In this document: in pieces, positions 47,517 through 55,666 of the stretch
Numbering within the stretch: position 1 is the first letter of the stretch
Layout: every line of letters starts with the position of its first letter
Origin: Gloeobacterales cyanobacterium
GTDB taxonomy: Bacteria > Cyanobacteriota > Cyanobacteriia > Gloeobacterales > PMM-0068
Reading direction: 5' to 3'
DNA length: 64,000 nucleotides
Assembly: GCA_038245785.1 (NCBI GenBank)
Contig: JBBRSB010000005.1
Span: 11,110-75,109, forward strand
The notes under the pieces: model-generated
Told to the model about the DNA's origin: nothing
What the model saw: only the letters and a program-made list of their open reading frames with translations
Databases searched by the model: none
Program-made: the position numbers and the translations under genes

Positions 47517-47825
47517 ATGTCGCAAAAACCACGCAGACTATTTACTCCTGAGCAAAAAGCTGAGGCAGTTCGCATCGTCACTCAATCTGGCAAACCCGTC
47601 AGCCAAGTTGCCAAAGAGATGGGTTTAACCGAAAGTGCCCTTCGCCAATGGGTTAAACAAGCCCAGATCGACCATCAATCAGACCCACAGGGTCCATTGA
47701 CCTCTACTGAACGTAAAGAACTGATTACTTTACGCCGGGACTTGAAACGGGTTCAAATGGAGCGGGATTTCCTAAAAAAAGCAGCGACCTTCTTTGCGAA
47801 GGAAAGCTCAGACCCTATGAGCTAA
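47517..47825 (+). CDS. IS3-family transposase OrfA (HTH)
   Basis: MSQKPRRLFTPEQKAEAVRIV...SQVAKEMGLTESALRQWVKQ plus a leucine-zipper-like tail. Start set at the ATG after the GAGGAG RBS. Confidence 0.85.
   Translation: MSQKPRRLFTPEQKAEAVRIVTQSGKPVSQVAKEMGLTESALRQWVKQAQIDHQSDPQGPLTSTERKELITLRRDLKRVQMERDFLKKAATFFAKESSDPMS
47774..47781 (+). promoter_or_regulatory. programmed -1 ribosomal frameshift site of the IS3 element
   Basis: AAAAAAAG in orfA. The -1 frame continues KKSSDLLCEGKLRPYELIHAEKVNFSIALMCKVLNLSRSGYYAW into orfB. Confidence 0.7.
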
Positions 47826-47857
47826 TCCATGCAGAGAAGGTTAACTTTTCTATTGCC

Positions 47858-48697
47858 TTGATGTGTAAAGTGCTCAATCTGTCCAGGAGTGGCTATTACG
47901 CCTGGTTCAAGTGCAAAGCATCCCCCAGAACTCAGGAGAATGAAATCTTGTCACAACAAATTCAACAGATTTACCAAGCAAGTCGTGAAACCTATGGCTC
48001 CCCCCGGATTCATGCATCGCTAGTGGACAAAGGCTTTCAGGTCGGTCGTCAACGGGTCGTGCGATTAATGGCAAAGCTCGGTATCTGCGTCCGCCCTAAG
48101 CGTAAATTCAAGGTCACGACCGATTCTGGACATGACTTACCGATTGCTGAGAATGTTCTGGATAGGGACTTTACAACGAGTGAACCTGACCGGTCTTGGG
48201 CAGCAGATTTGACGTATGTCTGGACCACTGAAGGATGGCTTTACTTGGCTGTCATTATCGACCTGTTCTCCCGACGGGTAGTGGGGTGGTCCATGGCTGA
48301 GCATATGCGTACAGAATTGGTTTTGACAGCTTTAGACGCAGCTTTGGGGCAGCGCATACCCTCACAAGCTGGGTTGGTCTTTCATTCTGAACGGGGCAGC
48401 CAATACGCCAGTGGAGACTACCAAGCTGCTCTCCAGAAGGCTGGCATAACCTGTAGTATGAGCCGTCGAGCCAATTGTTGGGATAACGCCGTGGCTGAAA
48501 GTTTTTTTGGTACCCTCAAAACCGAGTTGATCTATCCGAGGATTTTCTCCTCAAGAGCAATCGCCAGGACAACCATCGCGGAGTGGATCGAAGTGTTTTA
48601 CAATCGACAACGAATGCACTCGACGATTGGATATCTTTCCCCAGTTCAATTTGAAGAAAATTACTGGTGCACCCTAAATCACCCCATGGTAGCTTAA
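47858..48697 (+). CDS. IS3-family transposase OrfB (DDE/rve integrase core)
   Basis: WAADLTYVWT, FHSERGSQYAS and CWDNAVAESFFGTLKTE are DDE motifs of IS3 transposases. Confidence 0.9.
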   Translation: MMCKVLNLSRSGYYAWFKCKASPRTQENEILSQQIQQIYQASRETYGSPRIHASLVDKGFQVGRQRVVRLMAKLGICVRPKRKFKVTTDSGHDLPIAENVLDRDFTTSEPDRSWAADLTYVWTTEGWLYLAVIIDLFSRRVVGWSMAEHMRTELVLTALDAALGQRIPSQAGLVFHSERGSQYASGDYQAALQKAGITCSMSRRANCWDNAVAESFFGTLKTELIYPRIFSSRAIARTTIAEWIEVFYNRQRMHSTIGYLSPVQFEENYWCTLNHPMVA

Positions 48698-48843
48698 GTT
48701 ACCTGTCCACTTTTTTGGGGTAAGGTCACTTTGAGCACGGCAGAGATGAGTTCGCAATCCACCTAGAAATGCGAACTCTCTGTCTATTTCGCTCTACTGG
48801 TCAACATAAAGCTCGGCCACACAAGTAGATATTCTGGATGAGG

Positions 48844-49707
48844 CTACGGTTTATAGAAAGCAGGCCCAGTACATCCTTTCAGAGCATTGGGCATAGATGG
48901 AGTTGCACATTGTAATTTCATGTCTTCAACTTCAGTTAGCGCACCATCTTTACTAAGCACTACTGCGCAATCATTTGCAAGGTAATCCCTTCTTGCTCTG
49001 TTGCGCTCTTCTTGCCCAATATACGCTCCTGTGTATGGGTTGTAAGGTTGATACTCTGACTTTGCGCTGTTCAGAAAATAGCACATGTTCACGGAATAGT
49101 CACTGAGGATGCGGTCACAGTGCATCGATTGAGACCAATGCTTACCGATTGAAAGGTATGGCTCTTCCCACGGAATTGCTAGCGCCCCAGTAAAAGGATC
49201 AAATTTAGCTTTACCCGTCAAATGGTCGCTTTTTATTCCGCACGATTGAGACGTGAATAGAACGTATCTAGAAGGTTTGTTCTCCTTCACCTCAAGTTTT
49301 GCATTTTTTAAAAAACTTTCAAGAGTTCCATCACTGAAAGCAATCTTTATCTGAGTTTTGTGAGCGCTAGCTTTAGGGCAATTCAACTTATCTTCAAAAA
49401 GATTGTCTGCTATCCATGAACTAATAGTACTTTGCTTCTGCTCCTCAAGTGAGCCTGGATAAAGAGGTTCTAGTAAGTTAATTTGGTCGCTTCCCATAGA
49501 AAAACTTTTATCTATTGATTGGCAATTTTGTCCTAAAGCACTATCGGCTAATACTTCAAATTCAAGTTCTTGCGCATTAGATTGTATGTATTGTTCCAAA
49601 GTCTTAGGTAAAGGGGCAGCTTGCCCAGCATCGCCCGTCAAAACAACGGTCGAGAAAAGAACACAGAGAACAGTTAGTCGAAAGAGTAGGGTAGACATAG
49701 TGGTCAT
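48844..49707 (-). CDS. hypothetical secreted Cys-rich protein
   Basis: Start moved to ATG 49707, preceded by AGGAG, which gives the signal peptide MTTMSTLLFRLTVLCVLFSTVVLTGDAGQA. The track start at 49890 would overlap the upstream gene. Confidence 0.5.
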   Translation of the reverse strand: MTTMSTLLFRLTVLCVLFSTVVLTGDAGQAAPLPKTLEQYIQSNAQELEFEVLADSALGQNCQSIDKSFSMGSDQINLLEPLYPGSLEEQKQSTISSWIADNLFEDKLNCPKASAHKTQIKIAFSDGTLESFLKNAKLEVKENKPSRYVLFTSQSCGIKSDHLTGKAKFDPFTGALAIPWEEPYLSIGKHWSQSMHCDRILSDYSVNMCYFLNSAKSEYQPYNPYTGAYIGQEERNRARRDYLANDCAVVLSKDGALTEVEDMKLQCATPSMPNALKGCTGPAFYKP

Positions 49708-49837
49708 GGGAACTCCTAAATTGGATGGGAACACGGTCTGATCTACGAGGTTGAGACAGCTATGGCTTTTGAAACTCAAACTTGCGGGGGATGTTTTACA
49801 GAGATTGCAGTTACAAATATTGGAGGTAAGGCCCTTT

Positions 49838-50671
49838 TCATTTCTTTTTTTTAGTGCTTGCGGTGTGGGCGACGATAGCCTCTCGCCCATAGAGAAGTGC
49901 TGAGTATGCTGTAGGTGCTTCAGGCCACCCCTCGGGCGGAAGAGGGCGAAGACTGAGCGGCAGTTCCGTTTCCATATCGAAGGTGCTGTTCCGCCAGGGA
50001 TTCAGGCTTTGCACGGGAAAGGGAAGAGTGGGCGAAGCGTCCCACGCTACCAAGAAAGCTAGTGGGAAGAACTTGATGAACCAGGCGAGGAATGGCTCTT
50101 GTCTTCCGAGATCTATGTATGAGGCGTCTCGCACCAAGACTTGCGGCTTGTGCGGGTACGCCCAGTAGTACATAGACAAAGCCTGCGGTAATGGTTTCGA
50201 CAAATCAAGAATGTAGTCTCGGACTTCTTCGGTATGCGGCCCCTTTCTGTATCGATCTACCCCTTGTGCTGCGATATGGCCGAGCACCGAACGCATGATC
50301 GCCTGCGGGCGGGCAGGCACTGCCAAGGGCGACGGCAGATACAGACTACTCTGAAGGAGCGCTGCGGTCCCATTGGCGACGGCAATCAAGTAGGGATCGT
50401 ACGTGTGGCCGAGAAGTTTGTTGTTGCAGCGACCGCAGAGCGTTCGGTACTTGACCCCATTCTGCGAGAATGACCTTTTCACCTTAGGCACCGAAGCGGA
50501 AAGTGCGTGAGTGATGTGTAGAAGTTCGACTTCTGTCGGACGGACACAGCCTTTTGGTGGAGTGTGATCCTCCGTGAGTGGACCTACTTCTCCGCAGATA
50601 TTGCAAGCGCCGTTCCTTGGACCCCTAGTCTCAACGCTGAAACCCTTATTTGACTTTGAATACTTCCGCAT
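49838..50671 (-). CDS. HNH-like nuclease-motif protein with an uncharacterised C-terminal domain
   Basis: CNICGEVGPLTEDHTPPKG ... LCGRCNNKLLG resembles the CxxC..DH..P...N..CxxCN HNH zinc-finger pattern, though with a longer than usual spacer. Confidence 0.45.
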   Translation of the reverse strand: MRKYSKSNKGFSVETRGPRNGACNICGEVGPLTEDHTPPKGCVRPTEVELLHITHALSASVPKVKRSFSQNGVKYRTLCGRCNNKLLGHTYDPYLIAVANGTAALLQSSLYLPSPLAVPARPQAIMRSVLGHIAAQGVDRYRKGPHTEEVRDYILDLSKPLPQALSMYYWAYPHKPQVLVRDASYIDLGRQEPFLAWFIKFFPLAFLVAWDASPTLPFPVQSLNPWRNSTFDMETELPLSLRPLPPEGWPEAPTAYSALLYGREAIVAHTASTKKKK

Positions 50672-50910
50672 AGCAGCTTAAATTAGCAGGATACCCAGAA
50701 AATTTCTGGATATAACTCAATATTGGAATGTCATCTGGAAATGCCTAGACCAAGGGAGAGATGTAATCGGAATCCATCAATTTCTAGGGAGTCAGGCGGG
50801 CAAACTCTCCCAAAAGAGTCTCTACTTACAAAAATCTGTAGAAGGGGAATTGAAGCATTAGAGCAGTTTTATAGATTTAAGTAGTTGCATGAATTTTAAT
50901 TAGCAATCAC

Positions 50911-51342
50911 TTAATAGTTTGCGAAGAAAACACTAGGTGAAACGTGAAGATATTCTGCAAGTTTCTGAATGTTCTCAACCGTGAGATTGCGCTCTCCGTG
51001 CAGCACTGCAGACACAATAGATTCGGTCTTAAAGATAGGAACTAAGTCTTTCTGCCGAAGCTCATGCTCTTCGATGAGTACCTTCAGCAACTCGACTCCA
51101 TAAATATCAGGAATGGGATGATGAATCTGCTCATACTCATGAATAAGGGTACCGAGCACATTAATGTACTCACGCTCTGCTTGTCCCATCGGTCCTTGGT
51201 CCAGTATTGAATTAACAGCATTTTGTGTCTGCTTCAACTCTTCCTCCGATTTGATGGGCCGGGGAGGGAATGCTAAAAGCAGTTCTGCGTATCTGCTATC
51301 GCTTAAACCAACGGTCATTTCTTTTCCATTTTTCCTTGTCAT
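50911..51342 (-). CDS. HTH antitoxin of the HigB(COG4680)/HigA(COG5499)-type module
   Basis: LLAFPPRPIKSEEELKQTQNAVNSIL...YINVLGTLIHEYE...LRQKDLVPIFKTESIVSAVLHGERNLTVENIQKLAEYLHVSPSVFF. Confidence 0.7.
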   Translation of the reverse strand: MTRKNGKEMTVGLSDSRYAELLLAFPPRPIKSEEELKQTQNAVNSILDQGPMGQAEREYINVLGTLIHEYEQIHHPIPDIYGVELLKVLIEEHELRQKDLVPIFKTESIVSAVLHGERNLTVENIQKLAEYLHVSPSVFFANY

Positions 51343-51472
51343 ATTCAGCGTGTGTCAGGACATACCTGATAAAAACTTTTTGGAGCTCAAAATCTACATA
51401 TGCGATGAGCCTGTGTTTGTTGCCACCAATGTTGAAAACTACGAAATTTCCAACGAGGTCAGCATAGATCAT
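51296..51472 (-). pseudogene. 5'-truncated HigB-type toxin (PF09907-like), 58 codons
   Basis: Below the track size cut-off. Manual translation gives MIYADLVGNFVVFNIGGNKHRLIAYVDFELQKVFIRYVLTHAEYDKEKWKRNDRWFKR, the C-terminal half of the family (VFNIGGNKYRLI...YIR.VLTHAEYDK). An in-frame TAG lies 16 codons upstream. Confidence 0.65.
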
Positions 51473-51556
51473 GTGTGAATTGGAGTGTTCAATTTGATAT
51501 TCAGATCGCTTATACCTCTAATTGTTGCGTAGTGCGCAACGCGCTATAGTTGAAAG

Positions 51557-51835
51557 GTGATTAAGTCGTTCCGCCACAAAGGGCTAGAAAAGCTTTACGA
51601 AACGGGCAGCACCGCTAAAGTACAAGCTAATCATGCCAACCGTCTTCGAATGCAACTGGCAGCGCTTGATACTGCCCAATCTATCGAGGATATGGACGTC
51701 CCAGGTTTTCGTCTGCACCCACTCAAAGGCAAAGCGAAAGGGCGTTGGTCTATTTGGGTGAATGGCAATTGGCGCATCACATTTGAATATCGAGATGGGA
51801 ATGCCTACGTTTTGGACTATGAGGATTATCACTGA
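51557..51835 (+). CDS. higB: HigB toxin (plasmid maintenance system killer, RelE/ParE superfamily)
   Basis: MIKSFRHKGLEKLYETGSTAKVQANHANRLRMQLAALD...HPLKGKAKGRWSIWVNGNWRITFEY. Confidence 0.85.
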   Translation: MIKSFRHKGLEKLYETGSTAKVQANHANRLRMQLAALDTAQSIEDMDVPGFRLHPLKGKAKGRWSIWVNGNWRITFEYRDGNAYVLDYEDYH

Positions 51836-52128
51836 TGGCTATGCACAATCCACCGCACCCTGGCGAGTTTATCCGGTCTGTTTATCTCGAGCCTTTCGAG
51901 ATGAGCGTACGCACATTGGCCAAAAACCTCGGAGTTGCTCCGTCTACGCTCAATCGAATAGTTACCAGCAAGAGTGGCGTGAGTCCAGAAATGGCGTTAC
52001 GTCTGTCAAAAGCACTAGGGCGGTCTCCTGAAAGCTGGCTTGCCATGCAGGATCATTATGATCTTTGGCAGGCAAAACAGTATGCCAATCTGGACAAAGT
52101 GCATCACATTGAATTTGTAGTCCTATGA
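51835..52128 (+). CDS. higA: HigA antitoxin (VapI-type XRE HTH)
   Basis: HNPPHPGEFIRSVYLEPFEMSVRTLAKNLGVAPSTLNRIVTSKSGVSPEMALRLSKALGRSPESWLAMQ. Confidence 0.85.
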   Translation: MAMHNPPHPGEFIRSVYLEPFEMSVRTLAKNLGVAPSTLNRIVTSKSGVSPEMALRLSKALGRSPESWLAMQDHYDLWQAKQYANLDKVHHIEFVVL

Positions 52129-52172
52129 CCGCTGCGACAAGGTTTCTAATCGAGACCCTGCACAGAAATGCT

Positions 52173-54725
52173 CTAATTTAGGTGGCAGCGGTGGCTATGC
52201 ACTAACTGAATAGCATGCTCTTTCCCTGTCATGGTCCTGTACTCAGCCTGGACTAACTGTTCGACATCACTGGGCTTGATAGTAGCTCCATCTTTGGTAT
52301 AGCTGGAGCGATAGCGGAGTACGGCGGCTTGGTTCTTTACTTCCACTAGCTCTAAGTTATGGAGCCAAAAACGCACATCGAGAGGCCAAACTTTCCCTGA
52401 TTTGCGATGGGTCCGCTGGACAAATAGCTTAGGACTCTGGTGTAAGCGCTCGACTAAGTGGGGCCAATCTTCACCACCGACAAAAGTTAGGTCATAGCCT
52501 ACTTCCTTGAGGACAGCGCCAGCATGGGCAGCGTTAGTCTCTACGACCTCTGCCTCAAAGAGCGGAATTTCCAGGGGAAGTTGGGCCTGCAGTTGGACCA
52601 GAAAATCTTGGGTTGCCATATCTTGATGCAGTTCAAATTCCGCAATTTCTGCCGTACTGGTCATGCCTAAGGGCAGGGCTGTAGCCACGGATATTTTAGG
52701 CAGCGGGTGAAAACCTTCGCTAAAGTGCATAGGCAGCTGAGCACGACGGCAGGCTCGCTCAAAAAGCCGAATTAAGTCTAAGTGGCCGATAAATCGCAGT
52801 TCATCTAGTTTCCCAAAACGCACCCGCAGGCGATAGCGTTCCTTTGGGGGAGTGGGCTTTTCTGTATAAGCTTTAGGCATCGCTGGAATCGGCAGCGATA
52901 GATTGGCCCCAAAATCCTCTCCGCAGATGCCACAGTGGGAGCATCCCTCAAACGAACAGTCTGGAACTACTGTAGTCGCCAAGGCCCGCGCATAGTCTGC
53001 CACCAGCCATGCTTTATCGATGCCCGTATCGATAAAATCCCAGGCAAGAATATCCTCTACGTTTGGAACAGGGCTATTCCAATCGAGTCCATGTTCGGCC
53101 AGCGCTTGAGACCAAGCTTTATAGACCTTTCCCACCCCGTCATACCAGGCGTCCATGCCTGCCCCTAATTCCCAGGCTCGTTGCACAATCGGTGCAAATT
53201 CCCGTCCGGCTCGGCCCAGTACTTCTTCCATCGCAGAAAGCCGGACATCACTGTAGTTCACCCTGACGCCATTCATGCCGTGAAAAGCATCTTTTAGGAG
53301 AGCCTGTTTATGCTCGAACGCTTCGGTGGACACATGATGCCACTGAAAAGGAGTATGCGGTTTGGGTGTGAAGTTGGAGATGGTCAATTGGAAATACATC
53401 GGTCCTCGGCTGTTGCACTCCTTGCGTAACCAGCGAATAGTCTCGGCGATGCCGACCACATCTTCATCGGTTTCCGTTGGATGACCAATCATGAAGTACA
53501 GTTTGACCTGTTTCCAGCCATTTTCGTAAGCTGTCTTAATCCCTCGGAGCAGCTCAGGATCGGTAAGCCCTTTGTTAATCACGTCCCGTAGACGCTGGGT
53601 TCCTGCTTCGGGTGCAAAAGTGAGATTCGGTTTGCGGTCTGCTTGGCCAAAAACTTGAGCCAATTGGTCATCAAAGCGATCTACCCGCTGAGAGGGCAAA
53701 CTGACGGAGACTTCTTTGCCCGCCAAGGTTTCTTGGAGGCGTGTCCCGACATAAGGCAGCGAAAGATAATCGGAGCAACTGAGGGAAGACAGAGAAAATT
53801 CGTTATAGCCTGTGGCTTCTAAGCCCTCTTCCATCGCCTGGATCAGCTCTTCGGGGTCCACATCACGGGCAGGACGGGTCAGCATCCCTGGTTGGCAAAA
53901 ACGACAGCCTCGAGTACAGCCACGGCGCACTTCCATCACCAGTCGGTCATGGATCGTCGAGACATAGGGGACTAAGCCAATCGAGTAGCGGGGCATCGGG
54001 TCAGCTACCCGACGTAGGATTCTCTCTGGAATGCCCTGGACGAGCGGTTTCAAATTTCCTTGTTCATCCCGTGCATACAGGCTGGGTACATAAACGCCTG
54101 GCACATGAGCTAAGTCCAAAAGCACTTCTGCACGGCTGAGACCCTGACTTTTTGCTTCTTCCAGGACCAAGCCGATCTCAGGCAAAACCTCTTCACCATC
54201 TCCCAGCACAAAGAAATCAAAGAAGGCACTATAAGGCTCTGGGTTTGAGGTGGCGGTCGGTCCGCCAGCAAAGACTAGAGGAATACTGTTTTCTTCAGCA
54301 TCTCCTGCCCATTGAGCAGGTCGGTCTTGGGCGAGTAAAGGAATTTGGGCTAAATCCAGCATTTCCAGAACATTGGTTGCGCCCAATTCATAGGCCAGGG
54401 AAATACCGATGACATCGAAGTCCTGGAGCGGTTTTCTAGATTCCACGGCAAATAGAGGAATCTTCTGCTGGCGAAGTTTTTGGCTAAAATCCGTAGCCGG
54501 AAGATAGGTCCGGTCACACAGTTGCCGAGGCTGAGTATTGAGGATGGTGTAGAGGATGATATGCCCCAGGTTAGAAGCACCCACCTCATAGATTTCGGGG
54601 TAGCTCAAGACCCAGTGCACCTGTCTCGCCTCCCAAGGTTTGCGAAAAGCGCCCCACTCATTGCCCAAATAGCGAGCGGGCGTCTGAATATCTGGAGTGA
54701 TCAGGGGCGTAATATCGACAGGCAT
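52173..54725 (-). CDS. B12-binding-domain radical SAM protein fused to a DUF2344-type C-terminal domain (TIGR03960/TIGR03936-like)
   Basis: CTRGCRFCQPG radical SAM cluster motif; 850 aa; the N-terminal region is typical of this family. Confidence 0.75.
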   Translation of the reverse strand: MPVDITPLITPDIQTPARYLGNEWGAFRKPWEARQVHWVLSYPEIYEVGASNLGHIILYTILNTQPRQLCDRTYLPATDFSQKLRQQKIPLFAVESRKPLQDFDVIGISLAYELGATNVLEMLDLAQIPLLAQDRPAQWAGDAEENSIPLVFAGGPTATSNPEPYSAFFDFFVLGDGEEVLPEIGLVLEEAKSQGLSRAEVLLDLAHVPGVYVPSLYARDEQGNLKPLVQGIPERILRRVADPMPRYSIGLVPYVSTIHDRLVMEVRRGCTRGCRFCQPGMLTRPARDVDPEELIQAMEEGLEATGYNEFSLSSLSCSDYLSLPYVGTRLQETLAGKEVSVSLPSQRVDRFDDQLAQVFGQADRKPNLTFAPEAGTQRLRDVINKGLTDPELLRGIKTAYENGWKQVKLYFMIGHPTETDEDVVGIAETIRWLRKECNSRGPMYFQLTISNFTPKPHTPFQWHHVSTEAFEHKQALLKDAFHGMNGVRVNYSDVRLSAMEEVLGRAGREFAPIVQRAWELGAGMDAWYDGVGKVYKAWSQALAEHGLDWNSPVPNVEDILAWDFIDTGIDKAWLVADYARALATTVVPDCSFEGCSHCGICGEDFGANLSLPIPAMPKAYTEKPTPPKERYRLRVRFGKLDELRFIGHLDLIRLFERACRRAQLPMHFSEGFHPLPKISVATALPLGMTSTAEIAEFELHQDMATQDFLVQLQAQLPLEIPLFEAEVVETNAAHAGAVLKEVGYDLTFVGGEDWPHLVERLHQSPKLFVQRTHRKSGKVWPLDVRFWLHNLELVEVKNQAAVLRYRSSYTKDGATIKPSDVEQLVQAEYRTMTGKEHAIQLVHSHRCHLN

Positions 54726-54795
54726 GGGAACAGCGTAGACAATCTATCTACTATGTACGCCATGAGGCGAAGGGTTCACAAGACTGCTATGTTCT

Positions 54796-55185
54796 TTAAA
54801 GCTTCTTAACGCCACATTTGGTTAACCCTTTGGACTTTTTTGCAAACCGCTCATCAAATGTACATAGCTCTGCACAGTGTTGACTATGAGACAGATGAAG
54901 GGCATCCGCAAAATCTAAGCCATTCTCATGCCATTGAAGTACTTGAGCCATGGAGTTGTCATGAGCAAGGTACACGTTGGATAAACCAAAAAGATTTCTA
55001 AAGGCTAGAACGATTTCGGTGGGTTTGAACTTGTAAGCAAAACGTAGCACCCACTCAGTTTCTAGGACCACGGTATCTGCAATGAATATTTCCTGGGCTT
55101 TGAAAATCTCGACACTCTTTTGGAACTGTACGGCATCATCCTGGGTTAGCAGTCGGACAATAATATTGGTGTCAACTGCGATCAT
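54796..55185 (-). CDS. vapC: PIN-domain toxin VapC
   Basis: MIAVDTNIIVRLLTQDD; 14-nt overlap with the upstream antitoxin. Confidence 0.8.
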   Translation of the reverse strand: MIAVDTNIIVRLLTQDDAVQFQKSVEIFKAQEIFIADTVVLETEWVLRFAYKFKPTEIVLAFRNLFGLSNVYLAHDNSMAQVLQWHENGLDFADALHLSHSQHCAELCTFDERFAKKSKGLTKCGVKKL

Positions 55186-55435
55186 GCCATAGCTCCTCTA
55201 CTCCTTGGCGAATCGCATCCTCCATATCCACAAGGCTTTTGGGCGGTCCTTGATACTTTAGACAACCTGCTACGTCCTCTAAGGTGGTCTCGGAAAATGG
55301 TTTTTTAGGCTTTAATAAGATGCCATCCCCCATATCAATCGCAACCAACTCCTGACCCACTTCCCAGTGATGAGCCGTACGTAGAGATTTAGGAATAATT
55401 ACCTGCCCTTTACTCGACAATTTTGTGGTTTCCAT
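55172..55435 (-). CDS. vapB: AbrB/MazE-fold antitoxin VapB
   Basis: METTKLSSKGQVIIPKSLR. Confidence 0.75.
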   Translation of the reverse strand: METTKLSSKGQVIIPKSLRTAHHWEVGQELVAIDMGDGILLKPKKPFSETTLEDVAGCLKYQGPPKSLVDMEDAIRQGVEELWHDRS

Positions 55436-55666
55436 CAGGCTCCAAAGCCAACAAAGTAAGAAACATGTAAGAATTCTAGCATTTTCAAAAGAAGTAGGGA
55501 GAGCTGATAAGAACTCTTCGAAGCCTCAGTTCCTCTATGAGAGCATACAGTGGCTCCAGTCTTTCCTCGATGAAGCTCTGAGCCACTAAGGGCAAAATTA
55601 TTGCAACTATTCTCTACAATGCGTTGCTATTATGTGTATCTATTGAGAATTATATTTATTTAGCCC

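Larger units (their letters stand above)
47457..48728 (+). mobile_element. IS3-family insertion sequence, apparently intact (1272 bp)
   Basis: The terminal inverted repeats are TGACCTTCCCTCGAAAAAGTGGACA (47457..47481) and the reverse complement of 48704..48728, TGACCTTACCCCAAAAAAGTGGACA. Both ends are flanked by CTT (47454..47456 and 48729..48731). Contains orfA/orfB with an A7G slippery site. Confidence 0.9.

Noticed and set aside
49708-49890. N-terminal 61 codons of track ORF 48844..49890
   Set aside because: The extension overlaps the 3' end of the upstream gene and has no RBS. The internal ATG at 49707 follows AGGAG and yields a clean signal peptide.
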